Of a DNA stretch of 64,000 nt, positions 13,586-27,010 are shown piece by piece (position 1 is the first letter of the stretch; each line of letters begins with the position of its first letter). The translations under genes were made by a program, and so were the position numbers. Source of the DNA: Batkoa obscura (Eukaryota); assembly GCA_030770535.1 (NCBI GenBank), contig JASVEC010000028.1:620001-684000 (forward strand). Direction: 5' to 3'. The notes below the pieces were generated by a model that saw only the letters and a program-made list of their open reading frames with translations, searched no databases and had not been told where the DNA came from.

Positions 13586-14188
13586 TTATTCAGCTAAAGC
13601 CACACATTCAATCTCAACTTTAACATCCTTAGGAAGACGAGCAACTTCAACAGCTGCACGAGCTGGACGGTGTTCACCAAAGTGCTATTAAATCTATAAA
13701 TAAAAGTACTAAAAAAAATCAAAATCTCTTACCTCAGCATAAACTTCATTCATTTTAACAAAGTCATTCATATCTTTTAAAAATACAGTAGTTTTAATTA
13801 CTTTGTTAAAGTCGGAGTCAGCAGCCTTTAATACTTGTCTTAAATTTTTTAAACTTTGGTGCTAGGTTTTAAAAATTTAAATTTAAAATTATTATTCATT
13901 TAATCGAATAGCTATATAACTTACAGTTTGGCTAGTAATATCTTCTGGAATACTACCATCTTCTGGAACTACGGGAATTTGACCAGATACAAATACAAAA
14001 CCATTAGCTTTGATGGCTTGGGCTGTATGAAAATTAATGTTACTGTTATTGATATTAGTAACACTTTAAAATTATGACTTACAATATGGTCCAATAGCTT
14101 TAGGAGCTAGTTCAGTATGTACTACTTTTAAATTTGACATATTACGTACTTGAGTTTTAAGACTACGAATGATACTAGTTGCAAACAT
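13586..14188 (-). CDS. MMF1: RidA/YjgF/UK114 enamine-imine deaminase with a mitochondrial-type presequence
   Basis: [62 protein letters not shown]. Confidence 0.9.
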
Positions 14189-14357
14189 TAAAACAAAGTT
14201 TAAATATGTTTTTCAAGCTTATGTCATCTTTTTACATTGACTAAACTCGGTGGTAGGTAGTGCTATCCTATTGGTTACAATTAATTTTCTAAAAGTTCTA
14301 AAGAACAAAATTGAGTCAATTTATACCCACGGTGCAATGTTTTTCCAGCTTTAGTTA

Positions 14358-14509
14358 ACCTTTTTGAAAAATGTTTTAGAACATTGAGATTGAACATTCA
14401 CAAGCAAAAATTTAACAAAATGCTAAAAAGTTCTAGTATTTTGTTAAGTTTTTGTTAAGTTTTTTGCTTGCAATTGCCAACCATTAGAATTTATAGATTC
14501 TTCAAAAGG
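14358..14509. repeat. Degenerate inverted repeat / foldback
   Basis: Core caagcaaaaatttaacaaaatgcta pairs with tagtattttgttaagtt...ttttgcttg (14401-14470). Outer cctttttgaaaaat pairs with attcttcaaaagg. Confidence 0.55.
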
Positions 14510-14698
14510 ATGTAATTGCAAAAATAGTAAATTACGCATAAACAGGATGAAAATGAAGGCCATGTTTTTTCTATAGAGGATCAATAAATTATTTTAAATT
14601 TTAAACCTTAAATATAAAAATTATTTACAATATTGGCTAGGCATTTAAATCCATTCAAATAAAAAATTACAATTTAATTAATATGATATAAACAAGAA

Positions 14699-16641
14699 CT
14701 AATGCTTATTAGATAAGAAAGCGATGGTATTATTCCAAGAAGAATTCCAGGAGGTGACAAGGTTGGCAGATAGTGTAGATTGTGTTCTTTTATGTGGATT
14801 AAAAAACCTTTTCTTTGAGCTTTGTAAAAGGCTACTAAAATTATTTTGTTGTGTATTAAGAACATTTTGTAGATTAGGTAAATTAGGTAAATTAGGTAGA
14901 GCTCTAAACAATGTATTGTTTTTCTTTCCATCCTCTTCTTTATGGTTTGGTAGTAAATGCATCAGATCTAAATTTGTATTGGGACTAATAAATTACAATT
15001 AATATTTTTATAATTTGATTTTATATTATACTTACGGTAATGCTTCTAATCGATAAGCTAAATCTATGATATTTGATATGTCTATGACTTTAGGATAATT
15101 TTGCAATAACTTCAAATTATCAGCGAAATTGCCTATCAGTAACTGATCTTTAACTAAACATAGCATAGCGACCCCTACCATAACCATTGTATTCAAAGGT
15201 GAAATATTAGAAGCTGGAGAAACTGAAGGGAATCCATTTTCAGAAGCTAAATAAATAGGAGTATGTGAGAATAAAGCATCCCACAGTCTTATAACATCTG
15301 GGAGATCAAATTCTTGAGATCCTAATACGGTAATCCATCTAAAAGCAAAATAAGTGGGATCCAAGCCCTTATTTTTTAAATCTTGATACAGTTCAGGTGA
15401 AACTTGCTTTAGTTTACACTCTAATAATTTTATTGTAGCGGATACTCCTACTCTCTTATCCCGATCTAATTGTTTAACATATTGATCTCTAACTGACCCC
15501 ATAACTGCAGTAAAAAGGTAAAATGCATCTGCTTCTGCATGTTCTCTACCCATTAATAGTGAGTTGGGTGAATCGTTAGCAACCACATAATAAATTGGTC
15601 CTAATATCTCATTCATACCTTGAACGTACCCTACCCCTGGGTTCAACTTGGCATAGATAAACAAAATCCTTTCCATCGCTTCCCAATGTAAGTCAATAAT
15701 TTCATCTCCTACATCTTGAGGGATAATGATACTTAATGGATGATTAACAATCTTATCTTCTAATTCATTTTGGGGTGTAAGTAACTCATTGGAAGTTATT
15801 GGAGTCAACTCTACTCCATCTGACAAAAATCCATCAAGTTCTTCTAGAGTGGTAATACTATTACTACTTGAATTTTTTGTACGATTGATCGCACCATAAC
15901 ATGAGTATGCTCTTTTGTGACCTTCTGGTCGCTTTCTTACACCTATATTATCTTGACTTAATTGTTGAAAGAGATATCTTCTGTCCTGAGCAGATATATT
16001 TTCAAATGGGGTAGGTTGGTCTAATACATCATTAAATGAAGTAAAGTTAAACTTCTCACTAATAGGAGAAGAAGGTGCAGTAGAAATCCTAGAACTTGAA
16101 TCAAATACAGGCAATTGAAAAAAAGCATGGTCACTTAAAGTCCTTCTAACATCCATATCGATTTGTTCTAATAAACTATTATCTTTTAATATATTTGTTT
16201 GCCCCTGTTTAACTTTGATTTTTCTTAATTCTTCTTTATCTTGCTCTGTTAATGGAAACTTATGCCCTTGATCCTCTACTAAGTCTTTTACAAAGCCATA
16301 ATAAGCTCTTCGTGAATCTGCTAAATGACTCGACCACAATCTCTTATCACTAGGTAATGTCCGAAGTAATAACTTCCAACATAATGGGCGATATCCTGGT
16401 ACATCGGGAATACCTAGTAATGATTAATCACTTGACTCAAGTTCATTCTTAATATCCTACCATTTGAACATAACTTTCTTAACTGGTCCATATCTACATA
16501 ATTAAGTTCTGGATAACTTTCATCCTGCTCTAACACCGGATAACTTAATAAATCGGAAAATAACTTTTTTCTGTCAATAAACATAACATTAAAAAAATAT
16601 TGATAACAGTTATTGTTGATTTACCTTATATTATATTTCAT
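14699..16641 (-). CDS. TBC-domain Rab GTPase-activating protein (TBC1D13-like)
   Basis: GIPDVPGYRPLCWKLLL, QIDMDVRRT (R finger), ERILFIYAKLNPGVGYVQGMNE (Q finger), EADAF, FAFRWITVL and QEFDLPDVIRLWD. Confidence 0.9.
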
Positions 16642-18041
16642 TATTTACAAATTCAAAAATAATCGTTAAAGAATTTTCAATTTTAAAATTTTATCCTCTT
16701 CGGGTTCCATTAATTAAATTGGCTTCCTTATTTAGCAAAAACAATCTTCTTCAGCCAATTTTCAATAGTTTATAAATAATTGTAAAACTTATGCACAACT
16801 TAAAGCCTAATTATTAATTTCTTTTTCACCCATTTATTTGTTTTCTTAATGAAAGGATGGCTTAGAACCCTCCCTTTTTGAATTAGGATTTCAATATTTG
16901 CCCACCTTTCGTTTTACATTTTTGGTGTTAATAAATCAGCTTTTTTTAAGGTTAATCTATTGTTTTTTAATCAACAGATACCATAAAAATTTAATTCAAA
17001 AAATCAAGATTTTTATCATTAATTGGGCTTCTGTTTTAGCCTTCCTTTTAGATTTAGTAATAAGACGGATAAATGATAACTCAGTCTTCTAAAATTAGCT
17101 TATTGAATAACAATCTTACTATATGATAAAGCTAAATAAAATGGAATAATTAATATTAACAACTAATCAGTTTAAACAAAAAGAAAGTTGAAGTTTATCA
17201 TTAAATCATGGAATTAATTTTATTAAAATCAATTGAAGAACTAAAATGACTTATGTCTATTATTAGTACTTAAATCACTTTTATTTTAATATTTTTATTT
17301 CTAGACCTTTTTTCAAAATAGTTGGCAATGCTATATATTTTTAAAGCAAATAATTTCAATTCAAAAAGCAAAGAACCTTTGAATTAAAAAGTGGATAGTT
17401 TTCAGCAATAAAAAACAAAAAAATCATCCAAAATTGATTTTTATAAAGGCAGTCAACATATTTCAAATATAATGACAGAAACCTTATATGTTACTGATAA
17501 AAATGTTATTGTAAAAAAGTAAGTTATTCTATTAATGCCATGCTATTTAAAAGCATTCTTATTAAAATATATTTTAATAATGAATCAAATCTTTTAACTA
17601 GATTAAAAAAAGAATTTTAAAGCTAGTTTAATCTATAATTTTCGGCATTATAAAGTGTTCATTTCTATTGATAATGAAAATAACTACTATAATCTACACT
17701 GTTACTGCTAAAGCAATAATTCAACTGTGCTGCTCTTATTAGGATTAACAATGAACTCTTTAATAAATAGAGCAAGGTTTCGGCCTTTTCATATTTCATC
17801 TGGTAAAGCATATTGAAGTTCATCATTTAAAGATACTGTAGGTATTAATATCAGTCATTGTTTCTTCTTCATACTTTCTGCCTATTTTTTCTTGCCTTTA
17901 TTCAATATACCCTAACAAATCTCAAACAAATTAAAATCTGATAAAAACTAAAATGAATGATCTTCAAAAATAATCAAACTTTTTTATTTTAATTAATGTA
18001 AACTATCAAAAATAATTATGATTAATATTAAATTATATAAC

Positions 18042-19850
18042 TTAAGAATTATTAGTATTAATATTAGCATTTTCAACTAAAAAATCTAATAATTTTTTCT
18101 TATCTACTACTTCAACAAGTTGTCGAACTGCATTAAGTTGTCGATAAACTGGACGTGCTATTTTTATATAGGGTTTAGTTAAAGCTTCTTTTGGAACCCC
18201 TGGAATAATGGATTCGATTTCTTCATTGTTATCTTCCTTTTGAGTGCTCTATAATACAATCAGTATGTAGAATAATAGTTTAACAAAGAATTACTGTTAT
18301 TTCATTGATAAGTTTCTTAAATTTTTCCCTTAAGCCATTATTAACAGCAGAGTTATTGTCCATAGTACTCTTTGATTCTTCTTTTACTTCTTTATCTTTA
18401 GTAATGCTTCCAAGTGAGTTGATTACCTAACAAAAAAAACGTTAACTAAAATAAAATTTGATTGAATAAAACTTACATTTAATTGATTTTGAACATTAGT
18501 GCGTGGTTCGATAAGTTTAGCAATAATATCTTGCTGCATGATACTTTTGATTTCATTGAAGCGTGCAAGTTTTTTATTCCTAAAGCAATGTAAATAAACT
18601 TGGAATTGTATGAAACGTAAAGCCATTTTACTCTGCAACTTTTGTAACAAACTCCATAGTGATTCTTTCTTCATCAACCTCCAGCTCATTAGAAGTATCA
18701 CCATTGGTTCCGTTTATTCGTTTAACTTGACATTTAAATTTCTTTATTTTTGGAGCAACATGATCGGCATGAGCTGGGCATTTCCACCTACGATGAGATT
18801 GAGGTGGGACTGCCATTGGTGGGTTAACACAGTCCATATGCCAGTAACTCGGGCAATAATCACATCCTACCATTGGACCAGCAAATACCGATTTACGGCA
18901 TTTATAACAAAGTATAATGTTATTATCTTTATCCCTAACCTTTTTAAAATGATTTATATCAGTTTGTACAGGCCCAGTTCTATATAGAGAATTAGGAATA
19001 AACAAATACACTAAAAAAAAATACCTCTGCTTTGGGTTTTTTAATACTGAGGTGTCAACAAATTCTCCGAATTCATTGGTACCAACTATAAAGTATTAGA
19101 AAATATGCTTAAATAGAGCTTCAGTTATTTTACCTCCTTCAAAAAGATTTTTTGTCTCATTTGGAATATTAAATGAAGATGGATTTTTACGGTTTATAAC
19201 TTCTAATAAATTGCCAAAAATGCCTTTAGTTGAAAATCCTTTTGGTAACTAAAATAAATATTAAGGGTTTTTTGTAATTAAATACATAGGCCAAAATTAC
19301 AGGCAATGGCTTGCATACTCTACAATACCAATCATCAGCAGGAAGATTATTAGGATCAACTGGTGGATCAAGACAAGTGAAATGAAAGGAACGTGGGCAG
19401 CTATCACAGCATAAAAAAGTGCCTGTACCATTACAACATTCACAGTAATCATTATTCTTTATAAAAATAAGAAATCATTTGGATATTTAATTAATTTAAA
19501 TGAAATTTTACCCTTTTGAAGTCAAAGTTTTTAAAATTCAATTGGGTTACAGCAGTTTTTTTCCTGGTACTCTTTCTAAAAGCAGGCTTAAAAGGATCAT
19601 CATTGATTGGGAATACTCTGCTATCAAGTTTTATTATTATACCTTAATATTAAATGATAAAATATACTTACTCTTTCTTTTTCTTTTTTTTAGGGGAAGT
19701 TATCTGTTCACTCTTGTTATTTGCATTTTCCGGAGCATGGGTTAAAGTTATTACTGGGTTAGGTTGAGGAATAGGAGCATTATGATTTAGTGCAAATAAA
19801 TTCACCGGGTTTGATTCCTTAACTTCATTAATCCGTTTCATTTTTAGCAT
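18042..19850 (-). CDS. Double PHD-finger protein, Rco1/Cph-like (Rpd3S subunit)
   Basis: PHD1 NNDYCECCNGTGTFLCCDSCPRSFHFTCLDPP, the motif NPSSFNIPNETKNLFEG, and PHD2 CYKC...GCDYCPSYWHMDCVNPP...WKCPAH. Start codon uncertain. Confidence 0.8.
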
Positions 19851-20747
19851 TAAATATTTATTAACTAATCAAAAATGATTAATAGTATTAAAAGAAAATT
19901 TGGTTTAAATATTAATGAAGTAAGTCATTTGATGATTTATAGCCAATCAAACAGGATTCATTTGGTTGGGCAAGTGGATGTACCCTTTTATTTGATCATT
20001 TATTTATTTATTCAATTAAATGTAGAAACCTTAAATTTAAATAGTATTCAATATCACAACGTCTCTAGAAAGTAAATGAGACCCCCTATGGTTAGTCATA
20101 TTTAAAAAAAATTATGTATTACTTTTCGTATTGATATAATTGTTCTAGTATATTACGATTCAAAATCAAATGTAACTTAATGAGCTTGAAATATCATATA
20201 CTACTACTTTGATGTATTCTTATTTGGGTTATAAAGATATAATAAAATATTATAAGTTTAAAACGGAAGGTGTATAAAAATATAATAAAAATCTATTTTT
20301 TTTGGTCAACCAGAAGAATCAAAACATTTATAGTATATAGTGTTAAAAATACACAAAATTAGGATATTAATTTATAATGCATTTCAATATCTTGTAATTA
20401 CACTTTATATTTATAGTCGTTATCAGAAGTTTTATATTAAATTATAAATTTCAGCATTTTGGTTTGTAAAATATATTTAAAAATAACAACTTGCTTGAAA
20501 TAAAATTACAACTAAAAATTCTCTATCTTTAAAAATAATAGATTGTATAAAAATAGGAGGATAAAATATCACTAAGTTTATCAGATAGTATATAAAATTA
20601 AATTAAAAATAATAATACCGGATAAAAGCAAAAACTAAATGACATCACCTTCTTAAATTTTAAAATGAATACGCGAAGAATCAAAAAAAAACTATTATAA
20701 TATAAAAGGAATAAGAATATTGGGTTTTATTTTATTTTATAAAAAAA

Positions 20748-22930
20748 ATGAAATTCAAAATATTATTACTATTAGTAATTGTACAACTTACGTTTGCGAT
20801 AAATTATTTAAACATAAATGATATAAAAAAAGAAGAGATAATAATAAGCAATGGAAAGAACATTGGTATTGAAGTAAAATATAATAGCAACAACAATAAG
20901 GAGTATTTCATACATCATTTCAATAATAGTACTATTATTAATATAACCAAACTGATAAATCAAATCGAAAATATTAAAGAAAATACTTTCTTTTTTATTG
21001 AAGATAGCTTAGCTTATGTGGATAATGACAGTTACGTTAATTTGATTCAAAATAAGTTTACAGATAGTGATGATGGAATACAATATTATGAAGTAGGATT
21101 ATTGTATGACTGTATAGATGTAAAAAATATACATTATAATAATAATACTATCATATATTCATGTTCAAAGAAAATAGAGTATGGAGATGAAAATGAAATT
21201 TATAATGATAATGGTAAACTATATAAGCAATTGCCTATTAGAAGGATAAATCATTTTGTAAAAACGGATTATATTCAACAATTATACCGTGCTTTCTTAA
21301 TTATTGAAAATAGTAAATATTCCTTTGATTCTCTACCTATCGATTTATTGAAGTTCACTGAACTGGTAATATTTATTTATATATTATATTATAATACCAA
21401 TAATATTAATAATAGGAAAGTCCAGTTCCACCTTATGGCCATAAAAATCATTATTCATTATCTTATAATAGTCGAAAGGTAAGTTTTATTTCAAATCAAA
21501 TAAGTGAGGATAAAGAATGGAATGCTTATTGCAACATCTATCAAGTAACTACCGATGGTTATGAATTGCCTACCAAAATCAAATATGGCAAACAAAGAAA
21601 TTGTAATTCACCGACTTATTCAATAAATAATAATTATTTAGCATGGATAGTAAATAATAATGAAGTAGTGATATGGGACTTAAATAAAAATGAACTTTAT
21701 TTGAATAAAAAGATGGATAAACGGATTATAAAAATAGAATTTAATAACAACAAAAATAGCGATAAAGAATTAGAATTATTAATGTTAATTAATGAAAATG
21801 GTATACAACGTTTGTATTTAATAAATTTCAAGCATTCTATTGATACCTTTTTCAATTCGATTCAATTAAATATTGATCATTTTCAACTATTATCAAATCA
21901 AAGATTATTATTATCATTAAGTTCATTTAATGTGCCACCTAGAAATTATATTTATCTTATTAACAATAATAAATTAATTCAACTAAACAATATTAACAAC
22001 AATAATTATACGATAAATAATAATTATGACAACTTTTATTATTACGGTTATAAGCAAGATAAAATACACTCTTATTTGTTTCATCCCAATAATAAGAAAC
22101 TTGATTCTTTAGTTGTATTTTTACATTCCAATAATTTAAATGATGGGTTTATTAATCAATGGTCGTATAATAATAATTATAATGTATTTAATAATTATTA
22201 TTCTTTATTAATTAATCCTCATGGTAGTATTGGGTAAGTTTATATATTTATACGTTATATATTATATATTTGTATTTTTTATTTACTTTATTTAATATAA
22301 GGTATCCTAAGCTTAACATCAACAAATATAAAATAAAAAAGAGAAATAAAATCATTTATGAAGATATAAAATTAGGGGTACAAAATATGTTAATACAATA
22401 TCCAACAATCGATCATAATAAAATATGTATTTATATAAAAGGATATTCTTTACCAATATTCAATCAATTCAATAATACTATGTTTCAATGTGTTATTATG
22501 GAAGATATTGTTATTGATTTTAAATTAAATTATTATACTTCAGATGATTTGAATTTTATTGAAAATATGGTAATATTTTATTTTTATACTTCTAACAATG
22601 TTGAATTGATTTTTATTATAGTATTCATTACCACCACCTTACACCAAACCAAATAAATATCAAAGTAATTATAATGTCAATAAATTACCCACTTTGATTA
22701 TTCACTCCTTGAATAATTATAATATCGATTCTAATCAAGCAATAGCTACTTTTACTGATTTACAACTACATAATGTAACTTCCAAATTATTGTTATTTAA
22801 ATCAAATTTAACTTCTAAAAGGTAAATAATACTCCATTTTTAATTTTAAAAAAAGTTAATATTTTTTAAAAGTAATCAATTGAGACGTTATTATGAGATT
22901 ATGAATTGGTTAAATAAGTATTTGAAATAA
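20748..22930 (+). CDS. Secreted S9-family (DPP5-like) peptidase homolog, probably catalytically inactive
   Basis: Signal peptide; LYKQLPIRR, SPTYS, INPHGSIG, YYTSDDLNF, PTLIIHS and FTDLQ...SKLLLF follow the fungal DPP5 layout. Confidence 0.7.
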
Positions 22931-23016
22931 AGTGTTTTATTATATTTACCTAGTATTATTACTATTTTAATAGTAATATTTGAATATATACTTTTTACTA
23001 ATATAAAAAATATTGG

Positions 23017-23090
23017 GTTTCCGTGGTGTAGTTGGTTATCACATCTGTCTAACACACAGAAGGTCTCCAGTTCGAATCTGGACGGAAACA
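23017..23090 (+). tRNA. tRNA-Val(AAC)
   Basis: Acceptor stem GTTTCCG...CGGAAAC-A, D arm GTGTAGTTGGTTATCAC, anticodon arm TCTGT-CTAACAC-ACAGA, T loop GTTCGAAT, and a T-run downstream. Confidence 0.97.
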
Positions 23091-23611
23091 TTATTACTTC
23101 TTTATAAATAGAATTTTATTTATTTTTTCAACATTATACCTACTTCTTGATACATATAATATCTCTGGTTTCAATTTTAATAAAAATATTCAATAACTTT
23201 TTTATTATTTTTTAATTGAAATGTTATGTTTTATGTTTATTTATCTATTTTTTAAACAGTATTGTATTGAGTGGAAAAACCAACTATAAAATTATTAAAA
23301 AAATAGATATTAATATTTTATTTATTTATCTATCTTATATAAAAAAAGATTAAAGTATATAAAGTTATAATCATTATTTTATTTATTTATTGATAGTATA
23401 AACATTAAAAAAAATTAGTTAGGATAAAAATTGAAATAAAAATAACTTGTTTAGTAGTATTCTACCCTAACCGAAATTAATTTATTTTTAAAACATTGAA
23501 TTGCATTATTTTTCCATGTCCAAAAAGAACAAACAATTTCAAACTTGGTAAACTAAAAATTAAAAACTTCTTGATATTTTTAAACATTACTTGTTCAATC
23601 GGTTCTAAAAA

Positions 23612-24353
23612 ATGGGCAAAACCAAAGTTAGTGAAGCTAGTAAACGAGCTAGTGGTAAGCCTATAATAAGCGTAATTAAAGTAATCTATTTACTAATACT
23701 AAATTCCTTTTTTTATATTAGAATGGTAAATTGATAATAGTTGAATAAATTTTCAAAGATAAATAATAACTCAAATTTAATAATTTGAAGGAATTCATTA
23801 TTAAAATGGGCACGAAAAGAACGAGGACCATATTTAGATATCAATACATTAACTTATCATTACAGTTTGGAACATTATAAAGTTTTAGAAGAAAAAGAGA
23901 ATAAAATTAAAAGCAATCAAACTTATTTGAAGGCAATGAAACATCAAACAAATATTCAAAGGTAAAGATTTGGAATTTTAAAATCGAGATTTAGTTAGTT
24001 AAAGAACTAATAGTTTTTCTTTTTAATATTAATGAATAAATTTTTTGATAGAGAATATGAGCAATTTAAAAAAGAACAAATGGATTTACAAGCCAAAGTA
24101 ATCCAAGCACAAACCGAATTAGGCCTTGATTTATCTTCGGATAATGAATTAAATATTGATAAAACTTTTTGGAATTTATCGAGTAGTAAAAATGGTAAAG
24201 AAAATCAAAGTAAGTTTTATTGATTATTAATTATTTATTAAACTATTTATTAATTTTTATAATAATAAAAATAAAATTATAGAACCCACAGCTAGTGTAA
24301 CTAATCCAAATCCAACGGGACGTCGAGGTAGACCAAGGAAAATACTTGATTAA
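23612..24353 (+). CDS. Small five-exon protein with a C-terminal AT-hook; not in the ORF track as a whole
   Basis: Exons 23612-23654, 23722-23725, 23791-23961, 24052-24209 and 24283-24353 join in frame: MGKTKVSEASKRASEWNSLLKWARKERGPYLDINTLT...PTGRRGRPRKILD*. Confidence 0.7.
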
Positions 24354-24387
24354 TGGAATTTTGCTATCATTTATTCTTGATTATCTA

Positions 24388-26221
24388 TTACCTTGTTCCT
24401 TTAATAAACTCATTATTATTTCTCTTTGCTTTTTCTTCATTTAATAGATAAATACTTAGCATTGAAAATAATAGTATCCCTAAAGGCATTAACAAGATAT
24501 ATTTAAAACTAGGAAGTAGTATTAAGATTATTAATGAAACTATAGGAGCTAATGTAAACCCTAAGGTTTGATAATTATGATAATGAGCAAAGAATTCATG
24601 CTCTCTAGAGGAGGGTAAATAGGCTAAAAAGTAGACACGGAATAAAGATTCTAAATTAGAGATAATCATACCTTCCATGAAATTATACAAATAAATAGGC
24701 CAATCTTCAAAAGTTAATATAGAATGGGAAGTTGAATTCTTGTCATTATTATTCAAGTTATTAAATAAGGAAAAATTATTACTATTATTTAAAATTTTGG
24801 TTAAATTAGTTGTATTTGTATTAAAATTAAAAATTAAAAATAATGATATTGGTATTAACATATAAAACAAATGAAATATTAATAATGCTTTTTTAGTCCT
24901 TATTTTGAAATAAGACATACTCCAATTGAATACTATTAATCCAATAATAGATCCTAAGGAAGATAATAATATCAAAAAAATCAATTGAAACAATGTAGAA
25001 TTTGTATTTGTGTTACTATCACTATTATAAATTACAATACTTAATAATTTAAAACTATATAGTAATAAATTAACTAAAAATACATTGCAACAAATTATAT
25101 AAATTCGTCTTAATTTCCATAAATAAAATAAAGATTGAAAGATTCGATAAATTAAAAATTGACTTGTTGAATATTCTCTAGGTGCTGGACGAAATACTCG
25201 ATTAGGTAGATATCTTGAGGAGATTATTATTAATATCAAATACCAACTACCTATTATCATACAACATAATCTTAAACCAAAGAAATTGGCTTGATAATAA
25301 ACTGCAATTAAACATAAACTACCACTTAATAAAGTACCTAATATAGAAAATAAAATATCAATAAATATCAATAAATATCAAAATAATCAAAAACATATTC
25401 AAATAGACTTACCCAAATGACCAAATACTAAATCTTTCGTACTCAAATTATTAGCCACTTTTTCCAATACTTGAAAATAAATTGTGGGAGAATTAGGCAA
25501 GATATGACTTGCTCTTTTTGTTCTTGGATGATGTTGAGTTAATGTATGAATATAACCATATCTATAAACAGCTATAGTTGCATAAAAAATTTTACTTAAA
25601 GCAATCAATACAATTCCAAAATAAAATAATTTTTCAATATTGGAAACAGAGAGAATTAGGATCGATATTATGGAAACAAAAGTTCCTAATAATAGTAACA
25701 GAAATTTTCGATAATAGCCGTAATCGGCTAAAGCACCTAAAAAATGAGGAAAATTGGTGTAAGTTCTTTAAATATTTGAGGATAAGCAATAAATGAAACT
25801 TACCTAACCATAAACTCATTATAATTTGAAACAATAATATAATTGAATAAAATATCAATGTAAATAATGTAGAATTCATAATCTTATTTCCAAATTTTAA
25901 AGAACAATTTTCATTAGATTGAAAACTACATTGTCCCAATAACCCGTCTGTATCCCCCTCATTCCTGGTCTCCTCACTCTCCTTAATAATTTTCATCCCT
26001 AATTTTATTATCCAACCATCTAATAGAATCGGTAAGATCAAATTTGATAAGATCGATTGAAATGGTAAACAAGCCATTGAGTATAGATAATAACCTTTTA
26101 ATTCTTTTTGAGTAACTTCACTGGGCATATAAGGATCCCGATGTGGATCTTCCATTAAGTATATGTTTTCGGCTATAGGTACATCATCAAAATACGTGTT
26201 TCGGGTTGTGGAATAACTCAT
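24388..26221 (-). CDS. ATG22: Atg22-like vacuolar MFS amino-acid effluxer
   Basis: VTQKELKGYYLYSMA, LGALADYGYYRK, LTQHHP and YLPSSREHEFF, with many transmembrane segments. Confidence 0.75.
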
Positions 26222-26682
26222 TTTTGTTAAATATTGAATATATAAGATGATTAAATTAAATTATTATTATTATTATTATTATTAGTTAGTTATTTAGTTT
26301 AATAAGTTGAAAAGAAATTAGTGCTTATGGTAAGTTGATTGTTTATTAATATCTTAATTAATTAATTTGTATTATTATTTGATTTTTTTAGTAACTTCAA
26401 ATTGAAATTAATAAAAAATTAATGATATGACTAAATTTAGTAATTTTTAGATTATTCTAAGAACTGGAATTTAATTTAATTTATTTTATATTTCACAAAA
26501 TAAAATAAAATATTGATTTAAAAAAATATAGTAAAAATAATACCTATTATTAATCGAAGAAAAAACAAATAATATGGAGAAGACAAATACTAAAAGACTA
26601 TGTGGATGAGGGTATTAAATTAATATCAATAGTTATTTAGAAAGTTTTTTAAAAGTATTAAAAATATTTATTATTATTAATA

Positions 26683-26714
<32 letters not shown>
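26683..26714. repeat. (AAAG)n microsatellite
   Basis: aaagaaagaaagaaag... run. Confidence 0.9.
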
Positions 26715-26797
26715 ATAATCGAGAAGATGGGGCTACTAAACTGTATTCATATTGAGTTAGTAGATAATATATATAATCATAATCTTATTATATCAAA

Positions 26798-26962
26798 TTA
26801 TTTTGAAAGTTTTCTAAAAGCATCAATAATCGAAGTAGCTCGAACAATTTTACTTTTTTTATCACTAGATTTCTCTTGTTCATTATTTACCATAAATGGA
26901 TTATGTAATTTATTATTATTATTATTATTAATTATATTGGGATTATAATTATTACTATTTTG

Positions 26963-27010
<48 letters not shown>

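Noticed and set aside
16848..16915. Short inverted repeat aatgaaaggatggc / gcccacctttcgtt
   Set aside because: Only about 14 bp and imperfect, seen once, with no clear target duplication.
22891..23091. 66-aa minus-strand ORF
   Set aside because: It is the antisense of tRNA-Val.
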